Origin: the human T2T-CHM13v2.0 reference genome, Homo sapiens
Direction: 5' to 3' (one strand)
Assembly (NCBI RefSeq): GCF_009914755.1
Contig: NC_060946.1
Length of the DNA stretch: 64,000 nucleotides
The notes under the pieces are model-generated. The model ran no database searches. It saw only the letters and a list, made by a program, of their open reading frames with translations, and was not told the origin of the DNA. Positions 35,841 to 49,938 of the stretch are shown here, one piece after another. The position numbers were made by a program, and so were the translations under genes. The stretch's first letter is position 1. Every line of letters begins with the position of its first letter.

Positions 35841-36479
35841 AAAGTATGCCATTTTATTTATAAATATTTGTGAATTTTCCAGATTTCCTTTTGTTCTTGA
35901 TTTCTAATTTCATTCTCTTGTGGTTGAAGAAGATACTCTGCATGATTTCCATCCTTTTATATTTATTGGGATTTGTTTGGTGGCCTAACATATGGTTTAT
36001 TCTGGAGGATATTGCATGTGCACTTGAGAAGAATGTGGAATCTGATATTACAGGGTGGAGTATTCGGCTGCATTTAAAATAATTGATTTGAAGTCTATTA
36101 CTTTAGGAGTTCCATTACTCCTTACAGCTAAAATGTTTGTTCCATTACTACGTATGGCTAAGATGTTGGGGAAGACATTTCCAGAAAGAAAAAATCCTGG
36201 GGGACGGCCCCCAGAAAATTATAGGGAGATGGGAATTTTCTACCTGGTCCTGAAGAGCAGGCAGGAACGGAAACAACAACTGATCAACATTCCCAGACTC
36301 TGAAAGGCAGGTGAATGGCACAGCTCACCATGGTACAGTTCCATCCACACACACCTGGGAATGCCCTCTCCATGAGGAAACAGAGGCAGAGGAGGCAGCC
36401 AGTCAGTAGACAACATGGATCTCCTTGGCCATCAACCTCGCTGGGCTGTGGTCCTGAAGCGGGGTGCTCAGAGACTCAC

Positions 36480-36627
36480 CTCTATGATACCGAGCTGTGA
36501 TCAGCTTAGGGATCACAAAGAACACATCTCCAAGCAAGTCCAGAAGACTGTCTCGGATTTCAGTCAGGGAGTGCTTGTCATGGAAGTATTCACCAGCCAC
36601 AAGGTGCAAATAATTGGGCAGGATGTG
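36480..36627 (-). pseudogene. CES5AP1: CES5A-like exon: [49 protein letters not shown] (last exon present)
   Basis: Acceptor CAG at 36628-36630, donor GTGAGT at 36474-36479; 148 nt; DLLGDVFFV motif. Confidence 0.94.
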
Positions 36628-36909
36628 CTGTAAAAAAATCATAGTCATAGGAGATCCAGGTCAACCACAATGGCCAACACGTTAACTCTGCAGGTATGAT
36701 TCTGAATGCTTTACCCACATTGCTTCATTTAACCCACACAGCAACCCTGTGATGCAAGTATCAAAACTAGCCCCATTTCTCAGATTAAGAAACTGAGTCT
36801 TAGAGAGGTGAAGTCGTTGGGCCCACCTGGAAGAACCATGATTCTTTCAAAAGTGTATTTGCATCCAAATCCCATGCTCCTGGCCTCTCTCTTGTGTCTC
36901 AGAATGAGC

Positions 36910-37085
36910 CACTACTGGCTGCATCATCTGTGGAGCTCAGTGCAAAGTGAAGACAGGCTCCTTGTTCACAAATCATTAAGAATTTCAAGATGGTGACAGC
37001 GGAGCATTCAACCAAATGTAGGACCCTTCTGAGCAACAAGGTCCTCTGTGACTACACAGGCAGAACATCCATGAAACCAGTCCTG
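36910..37085 (-). mobile_element. MER91-like DNA transposon within a MIR
   Basis: ATTAAGAATTTCAAGATGGTGACAGCGGAGCATT...CCATGAAACCAGTCCTG. Confidence 0.6.
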
Positions 37086-37379
37086 CTCCGGTACCAGCGC
37101 TGCTTCCTGCACTTAGCTATTATCTTACCTAAGCTAGTTGGTCTCTTGGAGCCTCAGTTTCCTCATCTCTAGGGATGTGGAGGATTATAGAAGATATGAA
37201 GAGAAAAGCATGCTGCTTGACCCAGAGCACGTTTTCAGTCCTGTTGGTTCACCCAGGCCCCATTGCTGAGTGCCTTAATAGGACATCTGATGCTTCTCTG
37301 ACCTGGCACCAGCCTGCCTCCCAGGCTTCTCCCTCTCAACTTTCCCCAAGCACAAATGGCAAAGAGTGCATGGTAAATT

Positions 37380-37820
37380 CTATGAAGATTCAGGGATCTG
37401 GTGCTCTGGGAAATGCTGGAAAGGTGTTGCAGCTCAAACCCCTACCACTAAGACAGCAGCACAGCCCTTGATGGGTTTCTTTGGAATTTGGAGGCGAGGC
37501 AGTGTACATAACATTCGGGAATGCTGCTCAGACTCGTGTATCGCGTCCTCAGGAGGCTAATGGTTTTTAATCAGGCCAGAGCAAGGGAGGCCTCTGCAGC
37601 AGGTCCAGTCTATGGTGTAAGGGCCTGGCCTCTTTGGCCATATAACCAGCAGACCCCATGGTGCCGGAGGTGTCCAAGGTGGGTACACATGCTGTGTGGA
37701 GTCTCAGGTAAGCCCCCATAGGACAGTCAGAGTGCAAAGTCCTAGGGTTCTGGAGCAAGGCTATGCCTTCTGTATCAGAGAACTACTTACTGTTTGAAAA
37801 GTAGCCCCTAGCATGCCACT
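37380..37820 (+). mobile_element. Decayed ERV-L internal pol fragment (RT thumb/connection region) inside a CES5AP1 intron
   Basis: Frameshifted pieces read PTTKTAAQPLMGFFGIWR, LQQVQ, ADPMVPEVS, AVWSL, APIGQS and LGFWSKAMPS, matching ERV-L Pol motifs as I recall them. Confidence 0.75.
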
Positions 37821-38114
37821 GCGCCCAGGAGAGACACATGCCCTTCCATTCCTCTTGCACTTCCTTGCACAATCTACTTCCCACTCTACTTGAAATGTCC
37901 TTCTGCTCACTTGTTCCCCTCCCCTAAGGCTCAGATCATCGAGCACCTTCTCCATAAGGCCATCTCCAATCCACCTGAGAATTCCACTGTATGACTTACA
38001 TCATCAATATCTCTCAACCTTAGTCCCAGTTCATCATCAGACAGCTGCAACTCATCAAACATCCCTCCACCAAGGGGGGCCTGAGGGATCTCTGCCTGTA
38101 GTGTTTCTGTTTTC

Positions 38115-38497
<383 letters not shown>

Positions 38498-39405
38498 TAG
38501 CTTACAACAGCTGAAAGCATTCTCTCCTGCTGCAGCCAACCCTCAGCTGATCTCTTCACACCCCTCTACTCCCAGTTGGTACTCTTGGTTTTTCACAGTT
38601 TCTCCACCCACCCCTTCCATCACCAGACAAGCTCCATTAATCCTCCAAACCCTTCTCCCCAAGAGAGGCACCTGTCCCCTTCTGTGGGCACCACAGGGCC
38701 TTGGACACTCCCCTGCTTCATGTGTGCTGTATTGAACTGTCTTGTCATCTCTGTCCACCCCACATTGCACCCCAGTGCCCAGGGCAATGCAGGGGCATGT
38801 GGACTCTCACTAAACATGTGTTCCATGGACAAATGAGCAAAATGAACATTAGCACTGAGTCCACCCTGAATAAATGTTTATGGAAAAGAGGAAGATGGAA
38901 AAAGGAGAAAAGGAGAAAAGGAAGGAAAGCAATCCATCTCTATATCCTACTGTCTAGAGTAAGACCAGATACTGCTGAGTTTGTGCAGTGAATGAATGAA
39001 TTAGTGATGGAACAATAAATGAGTGAATGAATGAGTAAATAACTGGTCTTGTCAGAACCTGGCCCAATGCCTGGCTGGTGTGTAGTGAATACAGGTCCCC
39101 AGTCCCATGTGTGTTTTAGCATTCAGAGTTTTTCAGACTGTAGGTAGACAATGCAGCACCTATGTTGCATGTTATCACACAGGCTTGGGGTGGGGTAACA
39201 CCCCAACACCCACATTAATGCATCCACAGAGAAACATCTGAATACTGGGATAAATAAAATGAATGAATGAATGTGTAAGAACAAAAATGACTGATAGCCA
39301 CAAATCAGTCAAGGTGTGGTTTGGCTGCTGGGTGGGTTACAAAAACCCTCTGAGTTTTTGGAGCTCTTCCAGGTTGGGGATTGTGCATTGGGATTGTGGG
39401 CCTAT

Positions 39406-39825
39406 TGATATAGGTTGGACCTGTGTCCCCCACCAAATCTCATGTTGAATTGTAATCCCTAATGTTGGAGGTGGGGCCTGGTAGGAGGTGATTGGATCAT
39501 AGGAGTGGTTTCTCATGAATGGTTAGCACCATTCCTTTGGTGCTGTTCTCGTCATAGAGTTCCCATGAGATTTGGTTGTTTAAAAGTGCGTGGCACCACC
39601 TCCCTCTCTCTCTTCCTCCTGCTCTGGCCGCGTAAGACGTGCCTTCTTCCCCTTCGCCTTCCACCATGATTATAAGTTTCCTGAGGCCTCCCCAGAAGCT
39701 GAACAGATGCCAGCATCATGCTTCCTGTATAGCCTGCAGCACCATGAGCCAATTAAGCCTCTTTTCTTTATAAATTACCCAGTCTCCAGTATTTCTTAAT
39801 AGCAGTGCAAGAGTGGACTAATACA
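39406..39825 (+). mobile_element. MST-type MaLR solo LTR
   Basis: TGATATAGGTTGGACCTGTGTCCCC...GGACTAATACA. Confidence 0.85.
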
Positions 39826-39966
39826 CCTATGCTTAGTAAAGGTCTACTGAATGACTGAGTGAGTGAGGAGTGTCTGTGCCCCTGGCTGCTCCCGCTGAGT
39901 GTGACCCAGGGCTATCTGTGAAAGTGCATGTGTCTCTAGAGTACTGCAGCCTCCCAAGCTATTCAC

Positions 39967-40035
39967 CAGGATGTTTTGTGTCAGACAGAGGGCAAGGGAC
40001 TTGTTGGAGCCACTGAGAATCTCAGGAGCCTCCTT
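39967..40035 (-). pseudogene. CES5AP1: CES5A-like exon: KEAPEILSGSNKSLALCLTQNIL
   Basis: Acceptor CAG at 40036-40038, donor GTGAAT at 39961-39966; 69 nt, in phase with both neighbours. Confidence 0.9.
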
Positions 40036-40302
40036 CTGTGGAGAGAAGCAGTGCCCTCCATAAGCCATCTGGTCATCAGAAGGTTAAACCCATCTCCCTG
40101 AGGGCCTGGGCACCTGACTTTCACAGGGGAAGCTGGGAAGGGCAGGAGCCCTCCAGCCCAGGCAGCCACGTGTGGAAGTGGCCTCAGTGTGCTGCTCAGA
40201 TAGTTAATTTCTTCTTCTCACTTTTGATAAAAGGCAGCTGTTCCCTGTCATTCCACCTGCAGCCTTGTGGGGCCCGAGTGGCCACCTTGTGGGAAGGCTC
40301 CC

Positions 40303-40612
40303 ATTATGAGCTAAGTTGTGGCCCCCTCAAAATTCACACATTGAAGTCTTAACCCCCCTTCACTTCAGAGTGCGACTATTTGGAGACAGTACTTTTAAAG
40401 GGGAGATTATGTTAAAATGCGGCGTTAGAGTGGGCCCTAATCCAATCTGGCTAATGTCCTTATGAGAAAGGAACGTTTAGACAAACAAAGCAATATTAGC
40501 ACCTTGATCTTAGAAGTCCAGCCCCCAGAACTATGAGAACATGAATGTCTGTCATTTAAGCCTCCCAGTCTGTGGTATTTTGTTATGGTAGCCCTGACTG
40601 CCTAAGAGACAC
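40303..40612 (+). mobile_element. MLT1A/B-type MaLR LTR (internally deleted)
   Basis: GGGCCCTAATCCAATCTGGC...TTAAGCCTCCCAGTCTGTGGTATTTTGTTATGG. Confidence 0.75.
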
Positions 40613-41494
40613 CAACTTGGCTTTGACACCAAGTTCAAAGAGAAGCCAGAAAATTTCAAAACTGGTATTTGCTGTTCTCCTTCTAACGACCTTTGCGGGT
40701 GGGGCCTCTGAGAAGCCACAGTGGGAGGTCAGGCAGTAGCAGTGAGGCTGGTGGCCACCAGCTGAGAACTTGGCAAGGGACTCAACTTTTCCTGTCTCAG
40801 GCTCCTCATCTGTAAGATGGAGTTTGCAACAGGTACCTCCTGCCAGGGTGGTGATGAGAACTGAAAGAGTTGATATTTGTAAAGCTCTTACAGTGGTACT
40901 TGGTATATAGTAAGCGCTTTGTGTGAATATTTGTGAAATTACCATTTTCTGGCAAAATTACAGCTTTAAAATGTGAGGCAGCAGAAATACTATCCACCTG
41001 ACAAATAAATTTTCTTGGTATGTTTTCTGCTGAAAATCTTGGGGTAATGAATCACTAGGGCCAATACTTAAATGAATACTAGGGCCATACCTGTCTCCTG
41101 GAATCTCAGGGGAACCTCAGAGTCATTCATGTTACCTACAAGCATATTCTAACTACTAAAAACCTTCTTGTACATTAAGGAGCTGGGATTTGTTTCTGGG
41201 GGATTTCCTGTGGTTTCTAACAGCTAGCAATGGGTTTAACTGCAAATTCACATGGAATTTCAGCACCCACACAGGCTTTTGAGCTCTGCAAATTCTGTCA
41301 GTTGAATAACTCCAATATCTAGCATTTACTGAGGACTGACTATATGCCAGACTGTTTGATGTATAGCTGTGAGGTAGGTGCTAAGAATAGCCCTATTTCA
41401 CAGATGAAGGAATGGAGACTCAGAGAGGGTAGGCAACTTCCCTAATGTCACACAGCAGGTAAGCAGAGAACTCGGCATTTAAAGGCAGAACCTA

Positions 41495-41980
<486 letters not shown>

Positions 41981-43140
41981 TTACAGTAGTTACAGTGGTG
42001 GTTGTCATCACTAGCACTGCCTTCTTCTTTCTAATACACACCCAGAAATCACTGAAAGGCCTTACCTAAGCCATCAACTGTGATTCACTGGCCTCATCTG
42101 CAACATGAGGACAAAAATCCCTAGTCCCACTTGAAAACATTGCCTTGGAGGTCAAATTAATAATGGTACAACATGCTTTCACAACCCAATGAACTCGGGA
42201 TTCTGGTTCTAGCAGCCATCAACTAGCTTTGTAATTTGACAAACCTCTTTATTTCTTAACCCCATTTCCCCCAGCTTAAAATGAGGTCAGTCTATATAAA
42301 TGAGCTTCAACAGTATTAGGAATTTGAAGCCTCCACTCTTCTGAGGACAGATGAAAAGTTTATTTCCAATGAAGAGAGTCTTCCTAAACCATGGAATCAA
42401 AAAATCATGGGTTTTTCCCGGCACCCAGGCCTCAGCTCAACAATCTCTCCCCCAGAGGAGCCTTTCCTAACCACCTGTTGTCTCCCTAAAGATAACTTCT
42501 CTCCCCACTTGTGCCCTTCATAGCATCTATCACTCTCCGAAATCATCTTCTCAACCTCGTGTCTCCTCTGTCTCTCCCCACTAGAGTGTAAGCGCTCAGA
42601 AAGCTGGTACCACGCTCGCTGCCAACTGCTCAGTTTTTATAAGCCTGTAATAAATACTCAGCACATACTTGTTGAATAAATAAAATGATTCAACAGTTTT
42701 GCAACTTATACAACCTTAGCATTCTTGGATGTCAAGATGCTAGAACCAAGGCTGGACATGAAAAGTTTAAAGGACTGAAGTTTTTCAAACCTATCTGAAT
42801 GTCAACTCTGAAGTAGTAACTGCATTTTTTGGAAACAATAATTTATAGTATTTTTTGAACAAAGACCAAATGGACCCATCCCCTCTTTCCTTTTTATGTA
42901 GTTGTTTCTTCCACCCTAAACCTCATCACATGAGGAGCAAGGCAGACACTTGCTGTGACTGGCCTGGCCTGGTCCTCGCTTATCCTCTTTCAGAGAGAGG
43001 AAAGGTGATCACTGTGTGCTTGGCTGGTGGGCTCCAGCACTTACAACAGTGGATGTCACCTGTGGAAATGCCCAGCTGTTGAAGCCAAGAGCTGCATCAC
43101 AGTTTGAGGGAGTGGCAGTATGGACAGCCACAATTCTTAC

Positions 43141-43281
43141 CATAGGCAGAGGGAAGCCACACTCGGGGTTATTGACTCCGATGATGGAAGGAATTGCTTT
43201 AAATGCTTTCTGAGACAATAGATCTAGAGGCTCATTAGGAAAGAAAGCACCATCAACCACTTGAGTGAAAGCCTTTGTTTT
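43141..43281 (-). pseudogene. CES5AP1: CES5A-like exon: [47 protein letters not shown], catalytic-Glu exon
   Basis: Acceptor CAG at 43282-43284, donor GTAAGA at 43135-43140; 141 nt; VVDG and GVNNxE motifs. Confidence 0.95.
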
Positions 43282-43541
43282 CTGTAATAGGGAAGAAAAA
43301 AAAACCAGCAGCTATTTCTGTTCACAAAATCTGCTGTCCCAAATCCTGGCCAAGCAAAGCCAACCCAGTCTAGCACTGGCTTAAATGCACTTAAAAAGTA
43401 AAAGCAAACACTATGGGCCCAGCTCAATATATCAGTCCCTGGCAGCTCTGCCATGTACCTGGGCAAGGGGGCTAAACTTGTGTGTGCCTTATTTTCTTAT
43501 CTGCTAAACGGGAATATCTACCTAAGAAAAACAGTGGCCTC

Positions 43542-43904
43542 GGATATGGTTTGGCTGTGTCCCCACCCAAATCTCAAATTATAGCTCCCATAATTCCCAC
43601 ATATTGTGGGAGGGACCTGGTGGGAGGTAATTGAATCATGGGAGCAGGTCTTATTCATGCTATTTGCATGATAGTGAATAAAGCTCATGAGATCTGATGG
43701 TTTTTATAAAGGGGAGCGCCCCTGCACAAGCTTTTTTTTTTGCCCACTGCCATATAAGACGTGCCTTTGCTCTTTCTTCACCCTCCACCATGATGTGAGG
43801 CCTCCCCAGCCATGTGGAACTGTGAGTTTATTAAACCTCTTTCCTTTATAAATTACTTAGACTCAGGTATGTCTTTATTAGCAGCGTGAGAAGAGACTAA
43901 TACA
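43542..43904 (+). mobile_element. THE1-type MaLR solo LTR
   Basis: GATATGGTTTGGCTGTGTCCCCACCCAAATCTC...GACTAATACA. Confidence 0.87.
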
Positions 43905-44049
43905 GCCTAGCACAGAGATTCTCAAAGTGTGGTTCCTAGACCAGCAGCATCAGCATCATCTGGGAATTTGTTAGAAATGCACATTCTCAGGTCCACTTCA
44001 GGCCCTCAATAAGAAACTCTAGGGTCGGGGTGTAGCCCAGGAACCTTCT

Positions 44050-44699
44050 TGTAACTGAAATGCCTAACCTTGTTTTTACTTTAACTCGTTACTTTGAATT
44101 TTATCCTGCTTGTCTCTTTAATCACCTAGCCTTGCTTCTCATGTAAATAAGACTCTCTCCAGCTAGGAAGGCTGGACAAACTCCAGCTGATCCCTTAATT
44201 TACAAGACACTGAGGGCTCCTCATCCAACACCCTTTCGTAAGGAGTTGGCCTGTGTAAACAGATCCTCAGCATTTCAAAGGAGCCCAATTAACTGATAAG
44301 GTACTAGCACCAACAATGTATGAAGTTCCCAGGATTTCTCTCCAAGAGATAACAACATAAAACCTTGAGTTCATGCCCTGCATAGACTCTATATCTAATT
44401 ATAATGAAAGATTTAGAACCTTGCACCTGATACCGTTGCTCTTCTTGTAACTATTTGTCTTTTGTTTATCACTCTGTAACCATTTTGCTTCTTTTGATTC
44501 TTGCATGTTTTTACTTCTGTAGAATTATTACATTTGAGTCCCCCTCCCCTTCCTAAACCTAGGTATAAAAGTTAATTGAGCCCCTTCCTCGTGGCAGAGA
44601 GAATTTTGAGCATTAGCTGTCTCTCCGGCCGCCGGCTTAATAAAGGACTCTTAATTCTTCTCAAAGTGTGGCGTTCCCTTAACTCACCTGGATACAACA
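44050..44699 (+). mobile_element. ERV1-class solo LTR (LTR24/LTR36-like, subfamily uncertain) inserted in a MER5A element (~43912-44750)
   Basis: TG...CA termini, TATAAAA near 44565 and AATAAA near 44640; flanks are MER5A halves (TTCTCAAAGTGTGG... and ...AAGTTTGAGAACCACTG). Confidence 0.75.
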
Positions 44700-45641
44700 T
44701 AACCAGTCCTCCAGGTGATCCTGATGCATGTTCAAGTTTGAGAACCACTGGCCAAATACAAAGGGAAAAATGGTGGTAGATGGAGTAGCTAGGACTGTAG
44801 GGGTTGGTGTGAACACCTTTCTCAGATGTCTCCCTGAGACACAGTGCCTGGGAAATGCCTGGATATTTCTGGGGTCTCAGAAAGCAACACTCAGCTCTAA
44901 TCACGGTTTCTTCAGGTTTCTGTTTTGGGATTTGGGTAGAAAGGAGCACATGGAAGAGTTCAATACAACGTCAGGTCCAGGACTTATCCATTTCACTGAG
45001 GCTAGCATGGCTCAGAGTGGACATTCAGTACACAGCACCTAACTAGCAAATGTTGAAATCTGAAAGATAATGATCTTGTTCATTCAAAGACTGTCATCAA
45101 AGGCTCTCAAGGTTGGAAGGGACATAAAAGATCACCCGGTTCAATTAACTGTCACTGATTGAAAGTCTGTCAGTGGTCAGCTATATTTTGCTTGAATACC
45201 TGGAGAGGTGGGCATCTCACCACCTTCTAAAGGAGCCCAGTCCTTTTCCAGACAACTGAGGTCTTGAAAAGTTTTCAGTTACACAAAACTAAAATGACTT
45301 CTGAATAGAACTTCTAGCTTGTGATCTTGACTTCAGCTTCTGGAAGCATGCATAACAAGTGTGGTCCCTCTCTCCAGTGAGATGCCTTCAGGGACTTAGA
45401 GACAAGCCTTGTACTTTGCTGAATCTTCTCCAGGCTAAGTTGCACCCCTGCCCCAACAATGTTCTTAAATTACCTACAAGGGTTCTATACCCCTACTTAT
45501 TTTTTTACAGCTGTTACCAAGTATCCCCAGTCCTCCTCTTTTCCATGTTCCAAATCCAAATAAATAACAAAAGGGTAGGATTTGTTCACCTCTCTATTCA
45601 AAGGGCAACCCTGTCCCCAAAACTGCCCCCTCTGTCCTCAC

Positions 45642-45746
45642 CTGGCTGAGGGTCAGCAGCTCCTTGGAGGATTTTGTCCTCAGGCACCTCAGTGGGGCCT
45701 CAGAGTCTGATGCATTGTACCCACAGAATTGTGCAACTACCTGCAG
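45642..45746 (-). pseudogene. CES5AP1: CES5A-like exon: LQVVAQFCGYNASDSEAPLRCLRTKSSKELLTLSQ
   Basis: Not in the ORF track; translated by hand. Acceptor TAG at 45747-45749, donor GTGAGG at 45636-45641; 105 nt; both cysteines of the C...CLR pair retained. Confidence 0.93.
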
Positions 45747-47219
45747 CTATTTTCAGAGAAAGACCAGGTCAGAGCATGATTTTGAAAGCATCTAGGAAAA
45801 TGAAACCTGGAAAATGCCCTCCTATCAGCCACAGGCTTGTCCTCCATATATAAGTCCATCCTGCTACCCCTGCCTAGCCCCATGCCCCTATAAAGGAAGG
45901 TGCACGTGGCAGACAGGTTGCCACTGCCTCACCCTCACTCTCTTGCCTGGCTCGCCTTGTCATCTTTAGAAAACACCACAGCTGGGGATGGGTGTTTGTC
46001 AGTCTGTGGATATGGAATGGAATCAAGATTCCTGGTCACAAAGAGATCAGTCCTGTGAACTTGGCTGCATTGGTACTTGGCTCCTCCAGAGTCTAGAAGC
46101 CCAACCTTGAGGTGCTAAATGAAGACAGAAACACCAAGAGCGAGGAACAGCTTTGCAAGCTCCTTCAGTGTCAGTAGAGGCAGGGCTCCAGATCAGATTC
46201 TCAGCTTGTCAGCCCTGCCCAAGCCCCAGGCCCACTCACAGCCTGGAATGTCCTACCTGTCTTTTTTCCTGCCTGTATACCAATCCTTCTCATTCTTTAA
46301 AGCCCAAGTCCTGCTCTCCACAATGTCCTTTCAGGGCACTGCAGCCCCCAGAAACGCCTTCCTCATCCAATCTCCTATAAGCTCGATGTTCCCCACCTTC
46401 CATGCCTGGCCCATTGCTGAACACCTGCTTTCCTTGTCACTGAACCTTCCATATTTGTAGAACTCACTCCCTGAAAGTGGTGGCTCTTAACCTTCTGGGA
46501 GTCGTGGATACTGTGAGAATCCAATCAAAGTTACAAACCCCCTCCCTGGGAAAATGTGCAGGCATGTGGAGTCTGGTACAATTGTGGGACCACTTCCCAA
46601 ACCATCCATGGATTCCAGGATTTAATCCTATCCATGGATAGGTGATAAAAAGATTATATTGCCCTCAGGTTTGGATATGCTTTCTCCACTGATAAATCCC
46701 AAAGTTCTAACAGAGCAGGGAAAATAGTGGGCATTCAGTGATGTGTCAAATGAATAAACATATGCCCAAACTGAAAGCAGCTTTATGGAGAATGTTACCA
46801 AAATCAATGTTTCCACGTATTGAGGGTATTTTTTTTTACAATTTCATAACTCTATGTTTCTGCTCTTGGTTATATACTGTTACTTTCTATAAAATGTTTA
46901 AGAAAATTTACCACTAAAATCATTAATACTCAAGAGATGGCTCCACAGCCCAGTGCTTAATTAATATGCATTGAATGAAACAGCTCATTCATTAGCTCAT
47001 TCATCCAGAACATTTATAGCTGCCTGATATATACCACTTATTATGCTGGGGGCCTGAAGGACAGAGAGATCCTGGTCTCTAGGGCCTCACTCTGTAGTAG
47101 ATAATTAAGAGACAGATGACAAATATCGTGGGATAGATGGCACATGGTGAGAAGGTGCCTGAACACATTCTCCCCTAACTGAGGAGAGGAAGCTGGCAAG
47201 GTGTTAACAGTATTCGTAC

Positions 47220-47324
47220 GTCCTCACTCTTCTCATAATCATGGGCCTTCAGGTAAAGGATGATGGCCACCCCACTCTCCATGACGGCTTTGTGGAATAA
47301 GCCTTCGGCCATGGGAGACAGCAT
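47220..47324 (-). pseudogene. CES5AP1: CES5A-like exon: MLSPMAEGLFHKAVMESGVAIILYLKAHDYEKSED
   Basis: Acceptor CAG at 47325-47327, donor GTACGA at 47214-47219; 105 nt; LFHKAxMESG carboxylesterase motif. Confidence 0.94.
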
Positions 47325-47621
47325 CTGGAGAGAGAACACAGAAGATCCAGGAAAGGTTACGCAGAGGACTCCCCACCGATCACAAATACCATTCATCCCT
47401 CTTCAAAGAAACCTTCCCAGGAAGCCTCCATAAAAGCTCTAAACTTAGAGGGGAAAAAAAACCCTTTTTGGCGGGGGTTAAAGGACTAGCTGTGAAGGTT
47501 TGGGCAAGTTACTTAACCTCTCTGAGCCCTGGTTCTTCATGAACTTTGATGTCAAATGTTCAGGCATGTGATTTCTAGCTCCTTCACTTCCTAGCTGTGT
47601 AACCTCGGACAAGTTGCTTAA

Positions 47622-47930
<309 letters not shown>

Positions 47931-48487
47931 AAGTTACTTAATATTTCTAAGTATCAGTTCACTCCCCTGTAAAACTGGAGTAAAAATTGAGCCCGTATCA
48001 CAAAATTATTGGAGGAGCAGGGGCAGTGACAAACATAGAAGTCTTCACAGGTGGTCTGGTCAAATTTCGTTCATGAAATAATGGCTGTTATAATATATGA
48101 AAAGTTAGGTTAATATAATCCACTTTAGAAGGTAATTTTGAAGATGTAAAAAGACCACATATATTGTTAAGTGCTAGTCAGCAGAAGCTCTCTTAACACC
48201 ATGTCACTGATTTCTGCAATTAACCTGCCAACTGATGCCAAGGAAATGGTGACCACACTGAGCCAATGGACCATTTTCTAGCACCTCTGTCCATTTCTCT
48301 TCTCATCAGTTTCTTGCCAAGAATCAGGTGTGTTTGCTTCCAAACCTGTTTTGTCAACTGCACTTGTTATTGTAATTACATAATCAATGAAATATCATGA
48401 GAACAAATGAACTGTATGTGTAAAAGAAAATCAAATTATGTCTGGAAAAAAATTCTTGATAAAGGATGGCTAAAAAATATTGCTCTC

Positions 48488-49081
48488 GGGCCAGGCATAG
48501 TGGCTCACGCCTATAATCCCAGCACTTTTGGAAGCCAAAGCAAAAGGATCACTTGAGCCCAGAAGTTCAAGACCATCCTGGGCAATATAGCTAGACCCCA
48601 TCTCTAAAAAAATGAATAAATAAATAAAAATTAGCTGGGCATGGTGGCACATGCTTCTTGTGAGGCTGAGGCATGATGATTACTTGTGCCCAGGAGTTCA
48701 GGTTGCAATGAACTATGATCACCCCACTGCATGCCAGTCTGGGCAACAGAGTGAGACCTTGTCTCAAAAAAATATATTGCTGTCGCTGGGCGCGGTGGAT
48801 CACGCCTGTAATCCCAGCACTTTGGGAGGCCAGGGCGGGCAGATCACTTGAGGTCGGCAGTTCGAGACCAGCCTGACCAACATGGAGAAAACCCATCTCT
48901 ACTAAAAATACAAAATTAGTCGGGCATGGTGGCACATGCCTGTAATCCCAGCTACTCGGGAGGCTGAGGCAGGAGAAAAGCTTGAACCTGGGAGGCAGAA
49001 GTTGGGGTTAGCCTAGATTGCACCACTGCACTCCAGCCTGGGCAACAAGAGTGAAACTCCGTCTCAAAACAAACAAAAAAA
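48488..49081 (+). mobile_element. Two tandem Alus (AluJ-like 48488-48771; AluSp/Sq-like 48785-49081)
   Basis: Two Alu dimers separated by a short spacer. Confidence 0.92.
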
Positions 49082-49084
49082 GCC

Positions 49085-49938
49085 TTATATGTCTGTGTAT
49101 GTATATATATGTATATAAATATATGTGCATGTGTGTATATACACAGTATATATAGTGCATATATGCACTATATATGTATATATTCTTATATTCTATATAT
49201 ATGCACTATATATGTATATATTCTACTTATTTCTTGTCCACACATAATTTGACAGCTCTATATATATATAAATATTATCTAGTATATATATAAATATCTA
49301 GTACATATATAAATATCTAGTATATATAGATATATAAATATCTAGTATATATACACAGTGTATATAGTGTATAGTGTATATACGCTACTATATATATAGT
49401 ATATATACTATATATAGCGTATATACACTATGTGTGTGTATATACTAGATATTATATATATACTATATATACTATATAGTATAGTATATACTATATAGTA
49501 TAGTATATACTGTATATACTATATAGTATAGTATATACTGTATATACTATATAGTATAGTATATACTGTATATACTATATAGTATAGTATATACACTATA
49601 CACTATATACACTATATACGTGTGTATGTATATATACTATATATATACTGTATACTACTTATTTCTTGTCCACACATAATTTGACAGCTATATATATATC
49701 TAATATATATAAATATCTAGTATATATAGATATATAAATATCTAGTATATATACACACATATATAGTATATATAGTGTATATATAGTGTATAGTGCATAT
49801 ACACTACTATATATAGTATATATACCATATATAGCAGTGTATATACACTATGTGTGTGTGTATATACTAGATTTTTTATATATATATAATATATATATGG
49901 CTGTCAAATTATGTGTGGGCAAGAAATAAGTAGAATAT
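49085..49938. repeat. Complex (TA)n-rich region with direct and inverted duplications
   Basis: TA tract carrying a unique 34-39 bp tag twice in direct orientation (49218-49256, 49655-49688) and once inverted (49900-49938). Confidence 0.92.

Noticed and set aside
49085-49938. Identity with the known 22q11 translocation PATRR
   Set aside because: It lies inside a CES5A-derived intron and is a short imperfect palindrome; I can only support a structural analogy.
49218-49938. CRISPR-like repeat-spacer array
   Set aside because: Eukaryotic DNA; only three copies of the tag, one inverted, with TA-microsatellite spacers and no cas genes.
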